Source of the DNA: Geosiphon pyriformis uo1
Taxonomy: Eukaryota; Fungi; Glomeromycota
Direction: 5' to 3'
DNA: 64,000 nucleotides
Assembly (NCBI GenBank): GCA_016748015.1
Contig: JAAOMT010000263.1
Span: 129,993 to 193,992, forward strand
Positions within the stretch are counted from its first letter, which is position 1; each line of letters starts with the position of its first letter. Of the stretch, positions 40,330-55,530 are shown piece after piece. The position numbers and the translations under genes are program-made. Below the pieces are notes generated by a model, which was given only the letters and a program-made list of their open reading frames with translations, ran no database searches and had not been told where the DNA came from.

Positions 40330-42138
40330 TCTGCGCTATGGAGTAAAGATGTGAGAAAGGAAAAATTTAAGCGCAGTTAATTTTTAATAACTCTCAAAAG
40401 CTTATTAAAACGTGTTACTCATTTAATTCATCCTCATTTTTTTTTTTTCGTTCAAAAGTTTGAATATTTAAAATTCATGTTTGTTTTTTTATATCATGAA
40501 ATCGAAATTTAATTATCATTTTCTTACAATGTTTATTATGGAATAGAACGAATGGAATAGAAAAAATATCTTTCAGGAAAGTTTTTTAAATTTTATTATG
40601 TAATGTTTGAAATAAATAATCCAAATATTTTTAACCTATTTTAAGAATCGAGAAAAAATTCCAAAAAAAGATAACTTTTAACTTATATTTTTTAAACAGC
40701 TTTAATTGTTTTTTAATTTTAAGAAAAAAATTTAAACCTTATTTTAACTTTTTTTTTCTTCTTTGAGTTTAAGTTTCGAGTCTGAAAAGTAAATATTTTA
40801 TGTTTGCCCTTAAATTATACCATATTTTGAAAGAATTACGAGAAAGATTTTTTGCCTAGAACATCGTGTCCTATGCCAAGGAAATATTAATAGAGTTAAT
40901 CGTAAAAAAATTTTGTGTAATTCATAGCTAATTAAATCGACTTTGATATTGGCGTAGAATAATAAAGTTACAATTCTCAATAAAGAAATTCATAAAGAAT
41001 CAGCTAGTGCTTCAAAAATACCTTTTTAAATAAAAAAAATAATCACTAATTCTCATCACTATAGAATCTAGATTTGATTTTCAATATTTAATTATACAAA
41101 TTATGATAATCTTTATTATATGTACATGTAAATGCAGTAAGCTTCTCGCACACTGAAAGGTGTGATTTACAGGAAATCACAATATTAAAATCAATAAATA
41201 GTTAGCTTCATAGAAAGTATTTTCCTTTTTCTTTTTTTTTTTAAAACAAATGCGTAATAAATCTCAAAAATAAAAAAACCTTTTTTTTTTTTTTTTTTTT
41301 TTTTTTAAACGAAATAAATAGGTGAAATTAATGCTTTTTAACACAACCATTTTCAGTCATAGTAAAAAAACTTTTTTTTTGATTTGAATTATTGATATTA
41401 CCATTAATAATCATCTTTTATATATTCATATATAATCATATTTCATCATTTTTTTAAAATTTAGACCCAACAAATATCGGATTTGTAAATATTTCGTCAT
41501 AATCATTAATCACGTGTAAAAGGAAAATGAAATTATATTGAAAATCTTCTAGACAAAGACAACTTATCACATGACTTTTCAGCAATTCTAATAAAAAATT
41601 AATTGTGAAACTTTATCTTTCAAGTTGATTCATTTGAAGTTTTTAGGGAGCTCAAATCTCCTTTCTAAAGAGATTCTTTGAAATCAGCGAGTATCAAACC
41701 GTTTTGGAGTTTTCATCATTTATAGATGTGACCTCCGACCTGTGTAAAGTTATTTTAATAAAAGATATCAATGCTAAAAAACCTTATAACCGAAAAAGGA
41801 ATAAAAATAAGACGATTGGCTTCGATCATCTTATCAGACTAATATTTCTACAATAGTGCTATGATGACAACAACAAAATAATATTTATGCTTCGTTGTTT
41901 TGTCGTACAAAATTTCCTTCGAGTTTTCTGTTACACTAAAACAATTTCAGGACCATCTTTGATATCTTTGAATTCAAATTCAAAATATTAAAAAAAAGTA
42001 AAGCAGTAATATAAAAAATTCTCATTTATTCGTTTACCCAATATATCAAATAATTTTTTTTACAAATACAATACAAGCTATTATAAACTATTATACAAAA
42101 TTTTTAACTTTTTTTTTTTCTACGAATTCTTCATCTCA

Positions 42139-43203
42139 TCAGTCCAATAAAATCTTTTGCGTCAATCTAACCTGCCATTTTCCCATTTGTCTACAAATTA
42201 TACACATTACTGGAACGCAACACAACACCATTGGAAATGATAAAGATATTAATACTATAGTCAAAATAAATGTCATTGTACAAATTAAGCTCTTGACAAA
42301 CACGAAATATAACCACGATTTCCAAGTAAATTTGTCAAAACAGATCGATATTCCGTAACTGATCAAACTTTGGGATGATTTTTCTTGAGATTCATTCTTT
42401 AATCGATTGGTTGTAAAAATGGGAGGAAAATTTTGATGATGATGATACGCTCCATACGTTGATGTACAAGTACAAATCAAGAAACTTTGGGGATGGGTAC
42501 ACATTTCGTTCAAAAGTAGTTCCACTCTGGCTAGGGCCCTGATGCAAATTTTTTTTTTAAAATCCATCAATAATTAAATTATAATTGATCAACTAGTTTT
42601 TTCGAAAATTTACCTCCAAGAAAAACCAACACCAAGACAAAAAAAGATTCCAAATGGTGGAAAAATCATCGAGCCAATAGCAAATGTCAGACTGCACAAC
42701 ATCCAACAAAAACAGAATATTCCAAATGGGAAAGATATTAACAAGAAATAAAAACAACTAGCCCATCCAGCTGGATCTCGAAGTTGTGTCCAATATTGTG
42801 AACAAAAACCCCCATATCGACTGTTCAGGTTTTTAACTTTTGATCTATACGTAGTCTGAATAGCTTCATTTGACTGTAAATTTATGATATGCTCCATTTG
42901 TCTTTGTGAGTGGTATTGTTGCTGAACGGTCGATTGGTCAAAAATATATGACGCATGTTGAATCGAATGAACAAGCTTTGTAGCTGGTATGTCATAGGTT
43001 ACTTGTTTTACTGGGGTATTTTGAATGTTGAATGATGTGACCATTGTCTTTGGAATAATACCATCCGTGTATACGGAATGTGAAGAGCTCGAGGAGGCCC
43101 AAGAGACGCGTGAGGCAGTATAAGGTGGTAATTTTTCAAAAATATTATCATTGTGATTTTCTGGGTGCTCTGTTTTCTCATCGTAATCTCCTATTTGATC
43201 CAT
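42139..43203 (-). CDS. Multi-pass membrane protein with putative-sensor-like domain, paralog A, about 329 aa (exons 43203..42614, 42538..42139)
   Basis: Disordered N-terminus with LPPY, then DPAGW..FYFLLISFPFGIF TM pair, WRALARVE, DKFTWKSWLYFVFVK and further TM segments. Confidence 0.78.
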
Positions 43204-44160
43204 TTTTGGAATGCTTTAAATTTGAAATAAATTTTTTTTGTTATAAAAATTTTCTTTTTTTACAACTTAGATATAAATCCAAGCCTCAAAAATATTTTTT
43301 GGACAATGTTATTTTCAACATTGAAATGAAAATACAAATGTTTGTTACTAAAAAAAATCACTCGAGAGATGCCCTTATGTACTCAGGGTTCAGCCACCCT
43401 CCTTTTAACGTGAGAAAATTCCTTCTGAATGATCCACCTTCCCCAGAATTTTTTGATTTTCTTAGCAAATCTGACCATTTTATCGTAATACGTTTTATAT
43501 GATTGGTTCAAAATCTTTAAATTCAAAAAATAATCAGTACTACCACCATGTAGACGATGACGACAACAACAACGAATCATCTTTACCAGCATATATATTT
43601 TTCCTCATTTATTATTAATAAATCATGGTAATAATTTCATTATTCAAGGTTTTGAAATTTGTTTGCTTTGATTGTTTACTTGATTTATTACTTCTTTCTT
43701 TGTAAACAAAAAATAGAATGTTCGAGTTTTCTAATAAAGATTAAATTAAAACATTGAAGTCTATCAATTTCATTAACAAATGATGTATATATGTAATACA
43801 CTAAATTTTATACGTTAAAGTGGATAAAGAAACTTTTGCTTTTAGTTAACCATGATTTCATAAAAAGTCTAGAATATTCTAATTCAAGTAGGTCCATGTA
43901 AACGGATCTGATCTTTCACGATTGTAAAACTTTTATTTACGAAAAATGGTTTTTTAATTTTACTTTTTGGAGTAAAAAAGAAAAAAAAATATAAAGACTT
44001 TTTCAAAGATCGCACTTAAGTTCATGAAAATTTCAGTGATAACATAATTCTCTTTACATTATATAAACTTTTTTAGTCATCTTGATAATGATTTAAAATT
44101 TTCAGATAATATGAAACAACCAATTTAATTATTCAAAAAAACTTGATATTGAGATTTATT

Positions 44161-44203
44161 ATTATAAATTATAAATTATAAATTATAAATTATAAATTAT
44201 AAA
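44161..44203. repeat. (ATTATAA)n 7-bp tandem repeat
   Basis: About 6 consecutive units. Confidence 0.85.
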
Positions 44204-45084
44204 TAAATAAATGAAGAGTAGAAATTTTTGAAAAAATAAACAAGGTACTAATAAAAATTAAAATATAGAAACCCTTTTTTTTTTTTAAAAAAAGTTTTTA
44301 TTTACATAAAAAACTAATCTAAACAAAAAAAAAAAGCAAATGTTTTTTTAATTTAAATTAAAAAATAGCAAAAACAATTAATTTTCATTTTAAATTTGTA
44401 ATTTTAAAAAAATGGCTGAATCGAGAAAAATCAAATATTTTTATAATAATAAATAAACAAGGTACTAATAAAAATTAAAAAAATATAATCATAAATTTAT
44501 AAATGTTTTTATTTGTAATAAGCATAATTTTTATTTACAAAGTCTTTTTTAATTAGTTAATTTGTAAGAAAAAAATTTAAAATCTATTCTTACCTGCAAG
44601 TTCCCATTTAATTTGGGTTAATATTCTCAACCTCTTTTCCATTGATCCCATAGAAATTAAAGAAAGCGAGGAAATGTAAATTGAAAAATAATTGACCGAA
44701 ATTTTCGCTTAATATAACATTTTTTGAACACACTATAAATTCACATTGTTGGACTGAATTATTCTCAGATAAAATATTGTCTCTGAAAAAATTTGAAATT
44801 AAGATTTTTACAAAAATGGAAAATAAGAATTCGTTATTGGTGGCATGTGCTATTATCTTAAAAAAAGATATATTTACAATTCACAGGATGGTTTCTATAA
44901 TTTTTAAATTTTTTATTGACATTAAATTACTTTTATACCTTATGAAAAATATCTATTAGATTTCATAAAGTCTTTTTAAACTTTAATCCAAAATCCTGGC
45001 AAGGACCAATAAATATTTTTATTTTAATGAAAAGTTCTCTGAGTAATAAAATTATACAATCTTTAAAGCTAATCTATATTTAAT

Positions 45085-46023
45085 TCATGTTAACAGAGCG
45101 GCATATGCAATCTGTACCTGCCATTCACCCATTTTTCTGAAAAGAAAACAACAAAATGGGAGGATAAACATCAAATAAGGAAAGAAAAGGGAATAAAATG
45201 CTATTGCGATCATTAATGTTACAAAAGATATAAAAGCTTTTATACAAACAAAGTAAACGAAAGCCATCCATGTGAATTTGTCAAAGCAAATACTGATTGC
45301 ATACCTAATGAGTCCTTTTTTTTCTGCCTGATCATTATTAATTCTTTTGATTGGCGGATATTGGCTTGTCGAGTTCTCTCTTAGTGTACAATTGAAAAAA
45401 GCTCGTGGATGTGTGCACATTTGAATGGTATATAATTCAAGTCGAGCTATTGCTCTATGAAAAGTTCAAATTGAATAAAAGATTTTCTTAGAATTTGCAA
45501 AAATTCATCAGTAAATTTTAGTAAAATAATACCTCCAAACCCATCCAGTTCCAATGCAGACAAAAATTCCGAGAGGCGGGAAAAACATAGAAGCAAAGGC
45601 AATAAATAAACTAGCGAAAATAAAAGAAGCTCCTAAGATTCCAATTGGCCATGAGACTATGGTGAAATAAAATAAACTTGACCATGCTGCCGGATCCAAG
45701 GCTGGTTCACAGAACCAAGCACAGAATCTCCGTTTTTCTTTTAAAGTATTTGATTCGTTTTCTTTATTGATTGGCTCACTAGGCATCATAATTACATGAC
45801 TATCTCCTGTTGGTTCTTGCTCTAGTCTCTCTTGCAAAAAATAAGGATTGACCATTGGTTGTTGCATTATTTGTGGTGGTTCATCGTTTGTCTCTTTCTT
45901 GTCATCTTGACCCGTGTTGAGGGGTGTAAAAGCTCCAGATGGAGCATATGATGGCAGATGCTCTATTTCAGTGTTGGAAATTTCGGCTGTTGGAGTTGAA
46001 ACATTATCATTCTTGTGTTCCAT
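45085..46023 (-). CDS. Multi-pass membrane protein with putative-sensor-like domain, paralog B, about 286 aa (exons 46023..45533, 45454..45085)
   Basis: Same motifs and the same intron position (in the Arg codon of WR) as paralog A, with LPSY in the N-terminus. The start codon is uncertain. Confidence 0.78.
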
Positions 46024-46610
46024 ATGTTCAAGATTTTTTGGAATGTCCGATCTCAAGTGCACGCTTTTCTAATTTTAATTCAGAGCTTTTTATCTGAATG
46101 TCAACAAATAGGAAGAGTTGCACTTCATTGTCATTCCTGAGAAAAGTTACATTCGAAATTTGCCAAGTTCATGTTAATCAATCTAATTTTAATTCGATCC
46201 TGAACTTTAAACCTAATTCGAATCTCGATAAAATTTATTTTCTTACAACAGATATTGCAAGAGTCGTGAGCAAAAAATGACGATAGGTTGCAGAATAATT
46301 AGGATCGCTCTGATTTAAAGACTTGGAGATTATCATTTCTATAAATCCTTGATTCAGTTTCATATTGAAAAGGGCTTCCTTCAGCTTTGAGCACTAAATC
46401 CAAAGTAGTCTTTTAATAAGATCACATTCCTTTTGTGTTTGACCTCAAGGATGTTTTTATTCATAAAAGAAAAAGCGAAGGGTTTATAATGATAAGGAAT
46501 TGTAGTCAAAAAACCTGGGTAAGTTTCTGAACCAATCTCAAATTAAAAGAGAACAAGATATCTTTTACTCAAATCATCTTTGAATTGCTAAACTCGAAAT
46601 AATTTTTTTG

Positions 46611-48206
46611 TTAAAATTCAGCGATAGCGTAATCGCCATACATATCGAACCAAAGGTTTTCGACAAACTCCAAGATTTTTTTGGCCTCGTCTAAAAGCTC
46701 GGTATCAAATATTGAACAATCAAATTCGAAGGCACCAAAACCAACTCGTCTAAGATTCCCTTTTTCCTTTGCGAATTTCACAATCATTCTCAAATGTTCG
46801 TTGCTGAGTCCAACCTCTTCGGCAATACCGAGCTGTTGTAGTGGGGCCCGGCAAAATGCGAGAAATACACCCAGAGCTTCAATTGACATGGAAAAGTGTA
46901 TGTTCAAATGAGTGATGTTGACGGGAAGGAGCCAAGCAAGTTGAAATAAAAACGGATCTGTGTCGATAATATATTGGCCATCATATCTAAGTGAAAACTG
47001 TCGTAAGCTCCCGCAATTATTAAAGATCTTTTGCAGTGATCTGGCAGTTGATTTATCGACAAGGATACCAAAGCGAACCAAGTTAGGGCAATGGTCGGCG
47101 ATAGTCTCGAAAAGCGAAGCAGAACAATTTTGAATCATTACAACTAAATCGGTTAAATTTTCACCTGCAAGCCTAATTAATGGTGAGCAATCAGATGACG
47201 AAATAGCATCAGTATTTTCTTTGTTCAAAAAATAAAGTTTCTTTAATTTGAAGGACGCAGATAAAAGGGGAGTCCAAATTTCTGATTTCATTTTGCACTC
47301 AATGAATACGAGGGTATCCAATTTTGAACAAATCACAAGTGCCTCAAGGGAAGCTTGACTGAGGTAACTCCATTTAAACTCCAGTCTGGTGAGAGAGTGA
47401 GCTTGACACTGCATGGCAAAGATAAAAGATCTCGGGTCAACGGACCATGCCTCAATAATCACGCGTCTAATTTCATTTTGAACACGAATGAGACGAATAA
47501 GAGATTTTTCCATTTCTTGACTGAATCCATCAATTTTAATATATAGATAATTGATACTTTGGCAGACGTGGGCCATTGAGGCAAATGTCCGCGCAATATT
47601 GCCTTTTTCGGATTCTTTGTATTCCGCTGAATATTGGCAGATTGTGAAGCGTTCGAGATGTGACAAGCTAATTAATGCCCCTGTAAATCCAGTTATTTCT
47701 GGGATATTTATTGTCTCTCGTGTTTTTTCAAATTCAAGACTTAATAATCTCTTTGAGCGTGACAAAATCATTTTTAATACTTGAATGAATACAATGGATC
47801 CTTTGCCAAGGCGAATTATTTTTGGTGTTTCTTTTAAAGTGCTGGAATACCATCCACGTATAGCGAGATCCAATTTTCGATAATCAAGCTCAGTGATGAA
47901 TGCTGGATAATCAAATATTGGACGTATCGGTTTCTTCTCATATGTTCTGATTTTTTCCCTGTCTAAAACCCCCCTTTCATAACGGCTTAAACATGAAATC
48001 AGCGTAGAGGCCAGTCGAGTGTCAGCTGTGTTATGGTTAAAAAAGAAAAAAGGATGACTCCATAATATTGGTACAATCCGTCTGCACCAACAACGATTGA
48101 CTAACAAGCAAGAACAGAGCGAATTTCCATCATATTCAAGGTGCTTGAAAATTTCATCGAGACATTCGAGTTCTAAACGTACAATATAAGATTTTGATTT
48201 TTCCAT
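46611..48206 (-). CDS. F-box/LRR (RNI-like) protein, 531 aa
   Basis: LELECLDEIFKHL...SLCSCLLVNRCWCRRIVPILWSHPF and FDYPAFITELD, followed by LRR-like repeats. This is the typical Glomeromycotina F-box family. Confidence 0.9.
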   Translation of the reverse strand: MEKSKSYIVRLELECLDEIFKHLEYDGNSLCSCLLVNRCWCRRIVPILWSHPFFFFNHNTADTRLASTLISCLSRYERGVLDREKIRTYEKKPIRPIFDYPAFITELDYRKLDLAIRGWYSSTLKETPKIIRLGKGSIVFIQVLKMILSRSKRLLSLEFEKTRETINIPEITGFTGALISLSHLERFTICQYSAEYKESEKGNIARTFASMAHVCQSINYLYIKIDGFSQEMEKSLIRLIRVQNEIRRVIIEAWSVDPRSFIFAMQCQAHSLTRLEFKWSYLSQASLEALVICSKLDTLVFIECKMKSEIWTPLLSASFKLKKLYFLNKENTDAISSSDCSPLIRLAGENLTDLVVMIQNCSASLFETIADHCPNLVRFGILVDKSTARSLQKIFNNCGSLRQFSLRYDGQYIIDTDPFLFQLAWLLPVNITHLNIHFSMSIEALGVFLAFCRAPLQQLGIAEEVGLSNEHLRMIVKFAKEKGNLRRVGFGAFEFDCSIFDTELLDEAKKILEFVENLWFDMYGDYAIAEF

Positions 48207-48348
48207 TTTGGATTTCAGTTCAGATTTGCAAACTGAATTTATAAGAATAATCAGTCATATGCAAATCATCTCAAAAATCAACTCATTATATAATATCACT
48301 AAATTGACGATCTTTGATCAACTTAAAATTTTGTGCTCATCCTAAAGA
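48207..48348. promoter_or_regulatory. Compact divergent (bidirectional) promoter region
   Basis: Only 142 bp separate the ATGs of the F-box gene (-) and the AAA ATPase gene (+). Confidence 0.55.
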
Positions 48349-51736
<3,388 letters not shown>

Positions 51737-53352
51737 AAGCAATTGCAAAAGATGTTCTTGATCCTCAAAAAATATCAGAAAAGGCTATTTACATCTTGAC
51801 TCTGAGTCCATATTGAAATTTGCTTTCAATACTTATATGAATACAGCCTTATTTTAATGTCTGCCCAAATCTATTGAAAGCCCATAGGATAATCCATGTA
51901 GGAAACGACATTTTGCGTAGTTTTCATAATATACGAAATTGAGATGCAAATTGTGGAACATGTCTTTTCACTTTTAAAATGGGTCAAATCTTCTGGCATC
52001 CAAAAAAAAACCTAGGAAGTGATAAGCTGAAAAGAGCTAGAACAATTTTTTAAAGTGTTTACAAATATGTTTAAGGAGTCAAGTTTAGCCTGAGTGCAGA
52101 TTCCTGCCAAAAATCCCCTTGGTCTGCACGTTTGGCCCTAACGGATTAGGTAACAGTGCTGACCTTTAAAGGTATACTTACATCTTTAATTTTTCGCTCC
52201 AAATGACATTAGGGTAATTTAGGTTTCATAGGTAGGCTCATATTTCTGGTAGAATTAGGGAGTTACATGAATAATTGAGATTAAGTGAATGCTTTGTTCA
52301 TTAGGCAAAAGACAAAATCCTTAGTTTTATTTATTAATTGGGTTCAGTGTGTCCATAGTATTTATATATATAATGTGGCTCTTTATGGAATTATCAAGAC
52401 GATGTTAATTTTATCTTTTATCAAATGTAAAAAAGCATCCAAAGAGCCTTCATAGAAAGGGTGGTTGTAATCTCAAATGCTTGGCATATTTAGTCAAATG
52501 ATCAGATATTCATCTTGGAAAAAGAAAAGAAATAACAAGCAAAAATAATCTAGAGAAATGTCCATGAAGCCTCGGAACGAAATTTCTGATATTTCAGTCA
52601 AAAAATTTTGTACCGATTAATTATTATTAGGATTTATTTTAATTGATTAATTATTCTGAGAAAAGTTAAATCATTCAATATTAAAACTGAATTGGAAATG
52701 ATTTTAATAAGAAATGTACTTCCATATGATTTACACTTTGGATTTCATATGAAAATTATTATCGTAAAAATTATGATTACAAATGCAGAATTTTAATATT
52801 ACGAAATCAAACAATTTAATTTTTTTCTTAATTCCAAAGGTTCCTTGAAATTTTTAAATTTTAAAGCAATTTTTGAGTTAGTATTTTTATTTTTATTATT
52901 ATTTTAATACAATATTTTTTTGATATATTTTGAAAATAAGTTATTGAAAATGCATTAAGATTCATGTTATCTGGAAATATTTAGGTTTATTGTTTTATTA
53001 AGCAGAATATATAAAGAGCAAGTTTTTTTATTAAATTAAGATAAAGTGATAAGAGAAATTTTCTCATTAGCCTTTCTTGGAAATTTTAAAATGAGTGGCT
53101 AATTTTTAATTTTCACATGCAAAACCTTTAAGGGGCCGGCCATCTGAAAATCATAATACATCAACATGAGATTCAACCCAATTGTCTGTATTGACATGTG
53201 CATTAAAAAGTCCGAAATGTACTTGGAAATAAAGAATTTAAGTTTTATTATTGCTTCATTGGTTCTCTGGAAATTTTTATAGAAGACTCTAAGTACATGT
53301 ATTATAATTAGTACTTATAAGTACTTTTATACAGGATCAAAGGTATTCATAG

Positions 53353-53650
53353 TGTTATGGGTTTGAATAACAAGCTAACGGATAGCAAAGGAAAAGGCTA
53401 TTGAGGGTGATGGAAATAATCAAAGGGGAAATTCAATCAAAGGAGCGAATTGAATTTGTAAGGATCCAATGTGCGTGATCAGTCTCAAAATCACAGTCGC
53501 TTAATCTTTTCTGGGAAATCTGAAAGTAGAGGAATAGTTCGTCAACAAGATAACACCGCTGCTATTAGTCTATGCCTCACTTGGCGATTCTTAGAATCAA
53601 TAACAGGTATCATTGTGCTTTTCAATAATTTCTTTATTCAATGAGTTACA
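53353..53650. mobile_element. Solo-LTR-like repeat, copy B (less AT-shifted)
   Basis: TGTTATGGGT...GAGTTACA termini. Homologous to 1931..2206. Confidence 0.55.
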
Positions 53651-53998
53651 AGAGCAAACAAACGCTTCTCAGGCTAATGCCAACAAGTAATCCTTTATCA
53701 GATACTTGAAGGTAAGGAATTGGGAAAGGGGAATAAGCGATATGGAAGGAGTATTGGATGTAAAGAAGTTGTTTTTATTACTTTGATTTCATACTTTTCT
53801 ACAGCTGAGGGATTTATCGCTTATATAGCTATTTGAAGGGGTCAATGATCAGGTCAACGATCACTATCTAAAAATAGGTTGGCTAATTATATGACCTCAT
53901 TGTTAATACATGTAATAATTAATAAAAGCTATGGTTTTTAGCCGTAAGAATAGAAAAATATAAATTATCATATTTTTGAAACTTGACATATCTTACTG

Positions 53999-55506
53999 AT
54001 GGCACCCAAACAACTCTTTGACGCTTTATCTCAGGATTTTGGGAGATTATTCAATACCCAAAATCTCTCTGATGTTACACTTATCGTTGGCAAAACGCCT
54101 AATACTAGAACCTTTCATGCTCATACGCAAATTTTAGCAGCAAGATCATCGTATTTTGCTTTAGCACTCTCTAAAGATTCGTTTAGAAGAAAAAATAACA
54201 TCATTCTTTTGACCAAACCTAATATATCACCTAATATTTTTGAGGTAGCTCTCAGGTAATTTTGTTTTATTTACACTCTTTGAAAGTATTTTAACCAAAA
54301 GTAATTCATTCGTTTTATCCTCTGGATAGATATATTTACAATGGCGAAATTTCTATTGACAAATTCAAAGTATCTGAAATCTTAGAATTGCTTATTGTAG
54401 CTAACGAATTTATTCTGGAAAACCTTATTAATTACCTTGAAGACTATATAATTGAACACCATGAAAAAGAGTTGAAAGAAAATTTCGCCAATTTACATGA
54501 AATATCCTTTAAGCATGAATCATTTAAAAAGCTACAAGGGTTCTGCACAGAAGTCGCAGCTAAAAATCCAGCTATAATCTTCAAATCCCAAGATTTTACC
54601 TCCCTCAATAAAAGCTTTCTTGTCTCGATTTTATCCCGGGATAACCTTCTTATGGAAGAATCTCAAATATGGGAAAACGTAGTGGAATGGGGAGTTGCGA
54701 AATTGGGCAAAAATATTAAGGTAGAAGAAATTCTTAACTGGACAGATGAAGATCGTAACGCCTTTAAGGAAATAATTGAAGAGCTTGTACCTTTGATCCG
54801 GTTCTTTCACATGTCTTCAGTTGACTTCTATCACAAAGTAAAACCATTTGAGAGAATCTTGCCCGGAACTTTGTATGAAGATCTTTTGCATCATTATCTA
54901 GTACCGGGGAGTCATCAAAAGTCTGTAGACGCTCAGTCATTCCGACCAATTGGTTCAAAGCTTCTTCAATTGCATAATATAAAACAGCTCGATAATTGGA
55001 TTCAAGGCAAAGACGAAAATACTCCTTTTAAAGATCAACTTGGAAATGATTTTAGTTTGTTACTACAAGGCAGTCGAGACGGATTTACTCCAGCTGATTT
55101 TCATCGATTATGCGATAATAAAGGAGCAACGCTAACTGTTATTAAAGTGAAAGGAACCGGTCAACTAATTGGCGGGTATACCCCAGAATCTTGGCATTCT
55201 CGTGACAGTTGGATAGATGGAAAAGGGAGTTTTATTTTTTCCCTTGGAGATGGCAAAGTTGAGAATGCTAAATTTGGCAAATTTGTTAGCGGAAAGGGAA
55301 CTTATGCTGGCCTCAAATATGGGCCTTATTTTGGCTCTAAGAGTATTTTAATGGAAGGTGATGATTTTCAAAATAATTATGGATGCTCTTGTCAAAAGGA
55401 TTCATCTTATGAACACGTTATAATCCCTGGTTCAGAAAATCAACGAGTACCCTTTTCTGTGGAAGATTATGAAGTCTTTCAAATCAAAAGTACCCTTTTC
55501 TGTTGA
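53999..55506 (+). CDS. BTB/POZ-BACK-TLDc protein, about 477 aa (exons 53999..54255, 54330..55506)
   Basis: Same motifs and intron position as the 19718 copy. Confidence 0.92.
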
Positions 55507-55530
55507 AGATTATGAAGTCTTTCAAATCAA
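55446..55530 (+). repeat. 43-bp tandem duplication spanning the stop codon
   Basis: AGTACCCTTTTCTGT(G/T)GAAGATTATGAAGTCTTTCAAATCAA occurs at 55446 and again at 55489. Confidence 0.9.

Noticed and set aside
44234-44490. Direct repeat of about 32 bp (AAATAAACAAGGTACTAATAAAAATTAAAA) at about 44234 and 44451
   Set aside because: The repeat is real, but it is short and AT-rich with no element structure between the copies.
52098-52130. TTCCTGC resembling an HDV-like ribozyme L3 loop, and CCCTAAC resembling a telomerase template
   Set aside because: The required P3/P1 nested pairing is absent, and the template-like match is too short.
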